64,000 nucleotides of DNA, taken from positions 1,397-65,396 of the forward strand of contig CAWFJD010000019.1 of assembly GCA_963816135.1 (NCBI GenBank), given 5' to 3'. Under the pieces are notes generated by a model. That model worked only from the letters and a program-made list of their open reading frames with translations, made no database searches and was not told the origin of the DNA. The position numbers and the translations under genes are program-made. Shown in pieces: positions 1-9,500 of this stretch. Each line of letters starts with the position of its first letter. The first letter of the stretch is position 1. This stretch comes from an uncultured Chloroflexia bacterium (GTDB lineage Bacteria; Chloroflexota; Limnocylindria; Limnocylindrales; CSP1-4).

Positions 1-938
1 GCGTAGTGGTTGGCCGTCTTGGTGAAACGCATACCCGGAGTCATGCCCGGGCTGACGATCAGGGTCGCGATGTGGCCGCCGCCGTTGGCGTTGCTGTCGC
101 CTTCGTCGAAGGTGATGAACAGGACCGAGTCGGCGAAGGCCGCGCTGTCGACGATCGAGGGCACGAAGATCTTGAGGAACGCGTCCCCGGCGGCCACGGA
201 ACTGCTGTGCATGTCGTTGATCTGATTCGGAATGATGAGCTCGAGGTTTGCGGCAGCGGGATCGAAACCCTTGAGGCCCGTGATCGACGCGCATCGCGAG
301 GCGTTGCCGCTTATCGAGGTGTAGCTGATAGCGGGGTTGTGCTTGCGCACGTACTCGCCAACCGCGCCCGGGCCGTCGGCCACGGGGTTGGCGATGTAGG
401 TCTTGAAGCAGTTGCCCGGATACCCCTGAGCGAACACCCGCCAGGTTCGGCCGCTGGCCTCGACCTGGTCGAAGAGGTTCGGCGCGTTGAGGTTGTAGGT
501 GCCGTCACTGTTCGTGCCCTGGAGCCCGCCCGAGGTGAGGGCGATGTAGTTGGGTTCGGAAGGATGCGTCTCGCCGTAGAAGCTGGTCGCGCAGGCCGTA
601 GCGGGCGATGAGCGAGTTCATGTACGGCGCGGCGGCCGAGCCGACGATGCGGGTGTATTCCTTGTTCTCCAGAACGATGATGTAGACGTGGGCGAAGTCC
701 GGCAGACCGGATCCGGGAGTGGCTGCGGGCGCGCGAGGGGGTTGCCTGGGCAGCCGGCCCCGCAGGCGTCGAGGCAGTCGTGAGGGCCGAGGCGGTCGCT
801 GGCGGCGTAGCACTCGCCTCCGGCGTTCCGGTGGGAGATGGGCTCGCCGAACCCTGGCCGCATGCGGTCCCTATCACGGCGAGGCAGGCAACGATCAGCG
901 CCAATCGCCTGCCGGTTCCGCGAGGGTTGTCTTCGCAT
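1..938 (-). pseudogene. Lipoprotein phosphoesterase (acid phosphatase / phospholipase C family, PF04185-like). The 3' end runs off the window. Three apparent +1 frameshifts near 903, 725 and 592.
   Basis: Lipoprotein signal MRRQPSRNRQAI / ALIVACLAVIGTAC. Family motifs DFAHVYIIVLENKEYT..APYMNSLI, then FYGETHPSEPNYIALTSGG..ITFDEGDSNANGGGH. The pieces lie in ORF frames 618..1292, 311..904, 505..813 and an unlisted run-off frame, always stepping one frame in the same direction. Confidence 0.8.
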
Positions 939-1101
939 GCGGTGATTGTCGTTCAAGGCCGTCGTGTGTCGCACAGAGGCCCATTCCGGGGGCCGCGAGC
1001 CTCGCCGGCGTCCTCGCGAGTACTGTTTCACCAAGATAGATTGCCCTGGCAACGAACCGGCGCGGCCGGAGAGCATCTGGCGGCGCCACGAGGTGACTTT
1101 C

Positions 1102-1660
1102 ATGCGAGAGAACCTGACGCCGCCGACCGAACGCGTTCGGCCGCTCCTTCGCGTCCGCCAGATCCGCGACTTCACATCGGAGCCCGTGTCCCGGGCGGAG
1201 CTGGATGCCCTGACCGAGGTCGCGCGCTGGTCCGGGAGCAGCTCCAACGAGCAGCCCTGGCGCTTCATCGAAGTGACCCGGCCGGAGACCATCCACGGCC
1301 TGGCGGAGGCCTACATGCCTTCGAGTCGGGCCCTCCAGACAGCCGTCGCGGCCATCGCCATCGCCGTCCCCGACGACTCGGGAAAGGCGGCGATGCGGGC
1401 CTACGACGAAGGCCGGGCGGCCGAGCGGATCCTCATCGCGCGCCACGCAGCTGGAGCTCGGGGCGGCCATCAGCTGGGTCTGGGCCGACGCCCGGCCGAT
1501 CGTCAAGGGGCTGCTCGGTATCCCCGAAGGCTGGCTCGTCCGGACGATCATGGCCATCGGCCATCCCACTGACGCTGCCCGCCAGCCGAAGTCCGCTCCG
1601 GGCACGGCCCGCAAGCCGCGCGAGGAGACGGTCTTCCAGGAACGCTGGCCGGCTCGCTGA
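1102..1660 (+). pseudogene. Nitroreductase family protein, one apparent +1 frameshift near 1441
   Basis: MRENLTPPTERVRPLLRVRQIRDF..SSSNEQPWRFIEV in ORF 946..1572. The conserved C-terminus (..GIPEGWLVRTIMAIGHPTD..ETVFQERW) continues in the next frame. GAGGTG RBS lies upstream of the ATG at 1102. Confidence 0.8.
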
Positions 1661-1792
1661 CCGGGGCCCCCTGGCACGAGAAAGGCCGCCGAGTTGCCCC
1701 GGCGGCCTTCCCCTGTCTATATGTCGTCGAGTGGCCGCCTGCGTTGCGAGTGGCAGCCTGGCTTCGGCGTGGCTGCGGCCGACGGAACCTGG

Positions 1793-3449
1793 CTACTTGG
1801 CGGCTTCGGCCGTTTCCCCGACCGGGCGGCGCGGAGTCAGACCCGCGCGATCCGCCTGGTCCGCGTGGAAGTGCGCCCGGAGCGGCTTCTCCTTGAGCGC
1901 CAGGACGGCGACGAAGGATAGGCCTGCCGCCAGGACTCCCAGCCACACCGAGTTGGCGATGGCCAGGGAGAAGGCCTGGTAGAAGCCGGTCTGCACGGGT
2001 TCCCGAAGGGACGGCGGCAGCTGTGCGAACGACTTCGCCACGGAACCGCCGACGGAAGTCAGCTGGCTCGGATCGAAAGGCGGAAGCTGCGCAACGGCCG
2101 CTGGAGGAGCGCCGGCTCCGAGAATGGCTGTCTTGATGCGAGTCCGCCGTCAGGTTCTCGCGGAAGAGCGTGAAGGCCATCGTCAGGCCTACGGACGTGC
2201 CGATCTGGCGCATCAGCGTCAGGTCGCTCGTGGCCGTGCCGAGGCGCTCGAAGGGCACGTCGTTCTGGACGATGAGGGTGAAGATCGCCATCGTCGGGCC
2301 GACGCCCAGTCCGGCGATCAGCATCCACAGGGAGATGACGGGGTAGGAAGTATCGCCGCGGAGGTTCTCGAAGAGGAATACGCCCACCGCCATGCATAGC
2401 AGGCCAATGGCAAGGAGGACCTTGTAGCGACCCGTCCGGCTGACGATCTGGCCCGCGGCGATGGAGCTGAAGATCAGCCCGACCAGGAACGGGAAGAGGA
2501 GATAGCCGGATTCGGTCGTGGTGGCGCCCTGGACGATCTGGAACCAGAGCGGCAGGAAGATGATCAGGATCGAGAAGCCGAAGACCGCGAAGAAGGTCGC
2601 GATCACGGAGATCGTGAAAGTCCGGTTTCGGAAGAGGTCGAGAGGGATCATCGGATCCTTGGCCTTCATTTCGACGATGAGGAAGGCCACGAGGAAGGCG
2701 AAGCCGATGCCGAACCAGGTGAGAACCGAGGTATCCACCCAGCTGCTCGTTTCGGCGAGGGTGAGGGCGATCAGGACAGGCACAACCGCGCCGACGAAGG
2801 TCGCGACGCCCAGGATGTCGAGCGAGAGGTGAGCGTCCTTGGGGCGGACCATCGGAAGCAGACGCGAAATCAGGTACAGGGAGATGAGCCCGACCGGCAC
2901 GTTGACGAAGAAGATCCAGTGCCAGGAGATGTTGTCTGTCAGAACTCCGCCAAGGAAGGGGCCCACCAGAAAGGCGACCCCGAACACGCCACCGAAGAGG
3001 CCCTGGTACTTGCCTCGTTCCGCCGGCGTGAACAGATCGCCGATGACGGCCAGCGAGATGGGGAAGAGGGCGCCGGCGCCGAGGCCCTGGACTCCTCGGA
3101 AGAAGACCAGCTGCTCCATGGTCTGGCTGAGACCCGAGAGGACCGAGCCGATCAGGAACAGGGTGATGCCGATGAGCAGCATCGGCTTGCGGCCGAAGTA
3201 GTCCGAGAGCTTGCCGTAGACCGGAATAGCCGCCGTGCTCGTGACCAGATACGAGGTGACGACCCAGACGTACAGGCTCGAGCCGTTGAGCGCGGTCGAG
3301 ATCCTCGGCAGGACCGGACCGACGATGGTTTGATCGAGCGCGCCGAGGAACAGGGCAAGCATGATCGCGCCCAGAATCTCGAACCGCGCCCGAGAGTTGA
3401 CCTCGATTGCGGGATGGGCCGGTGCCCCCAGGGCGGTCTCAGCGGTCAT
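1793..3449 (-). pseudogene. MFS transporter, DHA2 (EmrB/QacA-like, 14-TMS) family, one apparent +1 frameshift near 2138
   Basis: N-terminal 437 aa of ORF 1548..3449 are typical DHA2 (LDQTIVGPVLP, GKLSDYFGRKP, WHWIFFVNVP). The true C-terminus (KSFAQLPPSLREPVQTGFYQAFSLAI..) is ORF 1793..2041 in another frame. Confidence 0.85.
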
Positions 3450-3698
3450 TCATGTCCCTTCCTTGCGCAGTCAGGTTGCTTGGTCCAGGCGAGGCCGGTG
3501 GCCTTCATCGATCAGCCTGCGACCAGGTTGTGTATTACTGGTGAACGGCCTCGGGAGAAGCTGTGCTCGGGGCCCATCCTCAGGGCGCCCCCGCCGCGCC
3601 TACTCCGGTTTGCGGCCTTAGGCGGACGGGTATGTATACAGGAAATCGCCGCCCCTCGCCATTTTCGGGGCCGGACGTCGCGGTTCCCGTAACTCCCT

Positions 3699-4361
3699 CT
3701 ATTGCGGGAACAGGTCCACTTTTCGCGCCACGAACTCGATCAGGTGGAAGTGATGCGGCTCGCCGAGCGCGGTCTTCGTGTCCTCTTCCGTGTCGCCCCA
3801 GTGCTCGATCTCGAAGCCCGAGAGCATCTCTCGGACACGCTCCGGCGGGAGGCAGGTCATGCCCGCGTCACCAGCGGAGTCGTCGTGATCCCCGAAGAGC
3901 ATCGCCGAGAACCGGCTGCCCGGCGGCAGGGCGGCGACGATACGGCTCCACATGGCTTCGAACTGCGCCGGCTCCACGAACGGCAGGCAGAGACTTGCGT
4001 TCACGAGATCGCAGGGCGGGACCTGGAAGGTTGCGAAGTCACCCACGACGGTTTGGAGCCCCGGCCCGAGCTCGGGGCCGGCGGCCTCCTGGAGCACAGA
4101 CAGCGCCACCGGTTCGCGGTCCATGGCCAATACCCGCCAGCCGGCTCGCAGTAGCGCCCGGGAGTCTCGACCGCCGCCACAGCCGAGGTCGACGGCGAAA
4201 CGAGCGCCCGGCACGGACGGCAGGGTCGACTCCGCCGCGAAGAGATCGATGGCCTTGCGGACCGTTCCCCAGGCGGGCCGTTCGACCGTCACGGCGTAGT
4301 AGCGCGCCCAGTATTCGGAGTCGACTTCCGGGGTGCTCTCCGGAGTCGCGCTATCGTTCAC
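3699..4361 (-). CDS. Class I SAM-dependent methyltransferase (TehB-like)
   Basis: ORF 3699..4514 contains the SAM-binding motif AVDLGCGGGRDS and a LAMD acidic loop. Start trimmed to the in-frame GTG (V52) so it does not overlap amrB; the start is uncertain. Confidence 0.8.
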   Translation of the reverse strand: MNDSATPESTPEVDSEYWARYYAVTVERPAWGTVRKAIDLFAAESTLPSVPGARFAVDLGCGGGRDSRALLRAGWRVLAMDREPVALSVLQEAAGPELGPGLQTVVGDFATFQVPPCDLVNASLCLPFVEPAQFEAMWSRIVAALPPGSRFSAMLFGDHDDSAGDAGMTCLPPERVREMLSGFEIEHWGDTEEDTKTALGEPHHFHLIEFVARKVDLFPQ

Positions 4362-4440
4362 GAACTCAGCGTACCAGCGCCGCGAGGGCCGTGGCGAGCG
4401 CGCCGGCAATGTGGCCCGATGGCCCGATGGCCCGATGGCC

Positions 4441-5310
4441 CTAGACGAACGCGACCGCCGCATAGCCGACCGTCCGGCCTGGATCGCCGCCCGCGTCGGC
4501 CGAGGTGGCGACACCGAGCAGGATGCCTCGAGCCGCCCCCATCTCGCGCAGCGCCGTCAGGCTGACTCGGACAGGGTCAATGCCGCACAGCCCGCAGACA
4601 AGGCCCGGCCGGTTCTCGGCCAGGACGCTTCCCTCGAGCTCATACAGAGCCTCCGCATCGAGCCTGAGAAGCGGATCCAGCAACTCCGAGTCGGTCGCCT
4701 CGCAGACACGCGAGCGCGGGTAATGCGCCATGTCCGAGCTGGCGACAAGGAGGATCCGCTCGCCCAGCGCCCGGCGCGCGGCAAGGAGGCGGCCGAGCAT
4801 CGCGCCGGCGTGCTCGTGGGATCGCAGCCGCGGACTAACGGCGAGAGGCACGATCTTCGCGTTCGGGCAGAGGCACGAGAGGAGCGGCAGCTGGACTTCG
4901 ATCGAATGCTCGCCCTCGTGAGCGTCGTCGTCTCTGACGAACGGTTCTCCAAGTCCGGCAATGGCCCGGGCGAGGTCGAGGTCGATGGCGACGTCTCCCA
5001 GAGGCGTGGACCAGGAACCGCCACACCAGACCCCAACGCCTGTGGCCCAGGCTTGATGGTCCGTGCCCGCGATCACGATCGTGTCCGGTTGGGCCCGGCC
5101 GGCAATGACCCAGCTCAAAGCGGCGATCGTCCCCGAGTAGACGAGGCCGGCGTGGGGAACCAGGAGACCGAGGACCGCAGAAGCATCCGGATGCTCCCGT
5201 CCCGAAAGCTGGGCATCGGCCGCGAGATCGGATACCAGGGCGCGCAGTCTGCCGGAGTCGGCGGGGTAGAACGTTCCCGCCACCGCGGGCCGCCTCAAAG
5301 AGCCGCTCAT
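4441..5310 (-). CDS. amrB: AmmeMemoRadiSam system protein B (Memo-like)
   Basis: MSGSLRRPAVAGTFYPAD..LLVPHAGLVYSG..IAGTDH..SSDMAHY within ORF 4441..6459. The ATG at 5310 overlaps the amrS stop by 4 nt (ATGA). Confidence 0.9.
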   Translation of the reverse strand: MSGSLRRPAVAGTFYPADSGRLRALVSDLAADAQLSGREHPDASAVLGLLVPHAGLVYSGTIAALSWVIAGRAQPDTIVIAGTDHQAWATGVGVWCGGSWSTPLGDVAIDLDLARAIAGLGEPFVRDDDAHEGEHSIEVQLPLLSCLCPNAKIVPLAVSPRLRSHEHAGAMLGRLLAARRALGERILLVASSDMAHYPRSRVCEATDSELLDPLLRLDAEALYELEGSVLAENRPGLVCGLCGIDPVRVSLTALREMGAARGILLGVATSADAGGDPGRTVGYAAVAFV

Positions 5311-6389
5311 CTGCTGCCTCCCTCCGCGAACTCGGTCACGCCCACTCCGGCCAGCTCGTGCCCGCAATGGCGGCACCGGCCCCCTGCCAGAGCGGGCCCC
5401 GGTGCCGCCGAGAACCCTCGCCGCCGAATCAGCGTCGCGCCACATTCGGCGCAGGTGGTGTCGTCGTCGCGGCCTCCCACGTTCCCCGAGTAGACGTGGC
5501 GCAGCCCCTCGCCCCGGCCGATCTCCACCGCGCACTCGATCGTGGCCAGGGGCGTGGGCGGCAGGTCCTCGAGCTGGTAATTGGGAAAGAAGCGGCTTAC
5601 GTGCCAGGGCGTCTCGGGGCCGAGCTCGGAGACGATCCAGCGGGCCAACGCGGCGATCCGGTCCGGGTCGTCGTTCAGGCCCGGGATGAGCAGCGTGGTG
5701 ACCTCGAGCCAGATGCCCCGAGCTCGCATGCCGACGAGGGTCTCGAGGACCGGGGCCAGCCGCGCTCCGCAGACTCGGCGGTAGAAGGTGTCGTCGAACG
5801 ACTTGAGATCCACGTTCGCGGCATCGATGACCGGTGCCAGAAGGTCGAGCGCTTCGGGCGATTGATAGCCGTTGGTAACGAGAACGTTCGCGATCCCGGC
5901 GGCGCGGGCCAGGCGGGCCGTGTCGAGGACCCACTCCAGGAAGACGGTCGGTTCCGTGTAGGTGTAGGCGACGGAGCGGGCGCCGTGTCTCCGAGCCGCC
6001 GCCACTACCTGGAACGGCGACAGCTCGAATGCCGGCAAGCGGACGCCTTCGCGGGGGGCCTGCGAGATGGCGAAGTTCTGGCAGTGGAGGCAGTGGAAGT
6101 TGCATCCCTGGGCGGCGACAGAGAAGGCCACGCTGCCGGGGTAGAAGTGGAAGAGCGGCTTCTTTTCGATAGGGTCCGCGTTGGCGGCCACGGCCTGGCC
6201 GTGGGTCAGGGTGACAAGCCGGCCGTTGCGGTTCTCCCGGACGTGGCAGATGCCCTCGCGGTCCGGGCGGATGAGGCAGCGATGCGCGCAGGCCACACAT
6301 CGAGTCGCGCCTGCTTCCTCCGCGATTGCCAGAACAGCGGGTCGGGCGTGTAGGGCGGCTGTGTTGGTTCCGAAGACGGTCGAGGGCAT
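5307..6389 (-). CDS. amrS: AmmeMemoRadiSam system radical SAM enzyme
   Basis: CX3CX2C motif (GCNFHCLHCQN), N-terminal Cys cluster CVACAHRC and C-terminal CAECG..CRHCG. Full-length intact ORF. Confidence 0.92.
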   Translation of the reverse strand: MPSTVFGTNTAALHARPAVLAIAEEAGATRCVACAHRCLIRPDREGICHVRENRNGRLVTLTHGQAVAANADPIEKKPLFHFYPGSVAFSVAAQGCNFHCLHCQNFAISQAPREGVRLPAFELSPFQVVAAARRHGARSVAYTYTEPTVFLEWVLDTARLARAAGIANVLVTNGYQSPEALDLLAPVIDAANVDLKSFDDTFYRRVCGARLAPVLETLVGMRARGIWLEVTTLLIPGLNDDPDRIAALARWIVSELGPETPWHVSRFFPNYQLEDLPPTPLATIECAVEIGRGEGLRHVYSGNVGGRDDDTTCAECGATLIRRRGFSAAPGPALAGGRCRHCGHELAGVGVTEFAEGGSR

Positions 6390-6588
6390 GCGAATCGCTC
6401 CTCGCCCATGCTCCGCCGCTCAATCCGCCGGCAAAAGGGCCGAAAGGCCCGAGGGCCAAACGCTCACCAACTCCAGGTGCGAAGTGGCCCTACGGACGCT
6501 TAGGTCTCCGACCTAAAATGAGGTTGAGGGCTGGGAGGGTTGGCCACAGCTCGGCGATCGATGTCGATCCGGATCTGAACTGAGGGCG

Positions 6589-9500
6589 GTGACAACTGTG
6601 GCGTTCGGGCGCTTCCTGCGGCGATCTCTTCTGCTCGGCACCATCGCTCTGCTGGTCGCGACCACGCAGCCGGCCCATGCGCTCGCCAAATCTCCAGAGC
6701 CGTCTGCCGCCGCCACCACGACGCCAACCGTAACTACGCCCCCGGTCGTAACGCCGTCCCCCGTAGCCTCGGCCACCATGGCGCCGAGGGCGCGCGTGCC
6801 CGGAGCCAAGCCGCAGTCGACCCCCGACCCCATCAAGGCCAAAATCGCGGCAAAAGCCGGTTCCCGCCTGCCCATCCTCGATCACGAGACCACCGTTCCT
6901 GCGCGATTGCCTGCGCGCCTTCGACCGGCCGGGGCGGCCGTCCCATCGTCACCCAACGTTGCCCTGCCGGCCGTGACGACCGGCGGTTGGCCTCAGTTCC
7001 AGTTCGATGCCGCGCACACCGGCTACAACCCTTCGGAGACCGCGATCTCGGCGGCCAACGTTTCCCAGCTGACCGTTGCCTGGCAAGCATCTGCGGCCGG
7101 GATGGGGCCCGTGGTGGCGGACGGACTCGTCTTCACGAGCGCCGGGAGCACACTCAACGCCTACCCCCTCGGCTGCGCCGCCAGCGGTTGGCCGTATTGC
7201 ACTCCACAGTGGACGGCCGACACCGGGAGCAACCCTTCGTCCACCCCGGTAGTCGCGGATGGCGTCGTCTACATCGGTTCTAACAGCGGCAAGTTGTCCG
7301 CGTACGCGGTCGCATGCGGGACCGGCGGCGGATCTTGCAGCCCGCTTTGGACCACTACTCTCGATCTCCCCATCGGTTCGCCGGTGGTGGCGAACGGCGT
7401 CGTGTATGTCACGACTTACGACGGCAGGGTGTACGCATTCCCTGTCGGATGCTCGGGTGCCGGCGGCTCATGCGCTCCCATTTGGACCGCAAACGTCGAC
7501 GGATCGGCCTCGTTGCCGGCCGTGTCAAACGGCGTCGTGTACGTGGGGAGCCGGAACGGCACCCTCTCTTCATTCGCCGTTGGGTGTAGCAGCGGTGGAG
7601 GATCGTGCAGCCCTCTGTGGACCGCGAAGCCCAGTTCGTCGGGCGCCTCCAACCTGTCGGCGCCTGTGGTAGCCGACGGCGTCGTTTACGTGAGCGCCTA
7701 CGACGGCCACCTCTATGCCTACGCCGTCGGCTGCAGCAGCGGGGGCCGTTCGTGCAGTCCGCTCTGGACGGCCACGACCGGAGGACACATCGACTCACCA
7801 CCCGCGGTCGCGAACGGGGTCGTCTACATAGGCGCCGAGGACAACAAGCTGTACGCCTACGCCGCGGGCTGCAACAGTGGCGGCCGCTCGTGCAGTCCGA
7901 TCTGGACGGCTACGACCGGCGGCTGGATATATGCATCGCCGAGCGTCGCCAACGGTGTCGTCTACGCCGGCTCGGACGACGACAAGATCTACGCGTTTGC
8001 CGTAGGTTGCGCAACCGGCGGCGGGAACTGTAATCCGCTATGGACGGTCGCTCTCGACAGCCGGATCGAAACGCCCGTAGCCATCGCCGACGGCACCCTC
8101 GTTGTCTGCGCCGGGAGACTGTACGTTCTGGCGCCGCCGCCCGACCACCTCGTGCTGAGCCCAGCGCGCGCCAACGTGGTCGCCGGCTTCAACCAGTACT
8201 ACTCGGCCGAGGGCTTCGTCGAGGGCACGGATATCGGCATTGTGACGGCACACGCTACGTTCGCCATCGGCGGGGGCGGCTCCTGCACATCGACGTCCTG
8301 GGCCGTCTGCACATCATCCGTGTCCGGCGACCATGTTGTTACCGGCACGTATGGGAGCGCGACAGGGACGGCCATTCTCCACGTCAACGTCGTCCTCTCC
8401 GGCGTCGTTACCGATGGCTCCGCTTTCAAGCCGAACGTCGAAGTCGTTGCCTTCGACCCGGTGGCCGGCAACATCTACGCGGACGTCTTCACCGACGGAA
8501 ACGGTCAGTGGTCGGTAGCCTTGCCTCCCGGTACCTATTCGCTCTACTTCTTCGTCGGCGACAGGAGCCGGGCCAGCGGCTACCTCGGCGCATCCGGCTT
8601 CACCTTTGACCCTGCCCGCGCGGAGGCGATCGTGGTCGCCAATGCCGATCTCTCCAATCTGAATGTCGTCCTGCCTCCGCCGCTGCATATTTCCGGCTCG
8701 GTGAAGGGACCGGGATCGAGCGTCTTGGGTGGTATCAAGGTATTTGCCTATGACGCAAACAGCTTCGAAGAGATGGGCGAAGCGACGACGGCCATGGACG
8801 GCACTTATTCGATGGCCATGGCCCCCGGCGACTACTACGTGCAGTTCGAGGATCCAGGCGACGCCTACGCCCCAGGCTATTGGAGCCAGGTCGGATTCAC
8901 TCAGGACCTCATGCTCGCAGATCCCGTCACCGTCGGTTACATAGATCGAATTGGGGTCGACATCCACATGCCGGTTGGCCTGCGCATCGGCGGAGTCGTA
9001 ACAGACACGGCGTCGAGGCCTTTGGGCGGCATCGAGGCCGACATCTTCAGCGATGCGGGCGGTCTGATCGCCATCGTGACTACGGATGGCACGGGCACCT
9101 ATTCGGCGCTGGTTACCGCCGGCAACTACTACATCGGCTTCATCGACCTCAGCGAGACGTACGCGTCCGGCTACTGGGACGGCAATGGCTTCACGCCCGA
9201 TTTCATGGCCATGGCCGCCGTGACGGTTGCCGGGGATACCGACGGACTGGACGTCCAGTTGCCCGAAGCACTTGGGAAGCCCACGAGTGTCCATGCCACT
9301 CGCGGCGATGCCTCCGCTACGGTGAGCTGGACCGCCCCCACGAGCACCGGCGGCGCGCCGATCACCGGATACACGGTGACGAGCTCGCCCGACGGCCGGA
9401 GTTGCTCCTGGGCCTCCGGGCCCCTGCAGTGCACGGTGTTATCACTGAGGAACGGGGTGGCCTACACCTTCGCCGTCGCGGCCACCAATGTCGGAGGCGA

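Noticed and set aside
4441-6389. The radical SAM locus as a RiPP or other biosynthetic gene cluster.
   Set aside because: The enzyme has the AmmeMemoRadiSam-type sequence and an overlapping Memo-like partner. No precursor peptide, transporter or tailoring genes are adjacent.
6514-6519. TAAAAT as a -10 promoter element for the 1460-aa gene in the amrS/large-gene divergent region.
   Set aside because: It is the only AT-rich hexamer there, but I could not find a convincing -35 at proper spacing. That is too weak to report as a feature.
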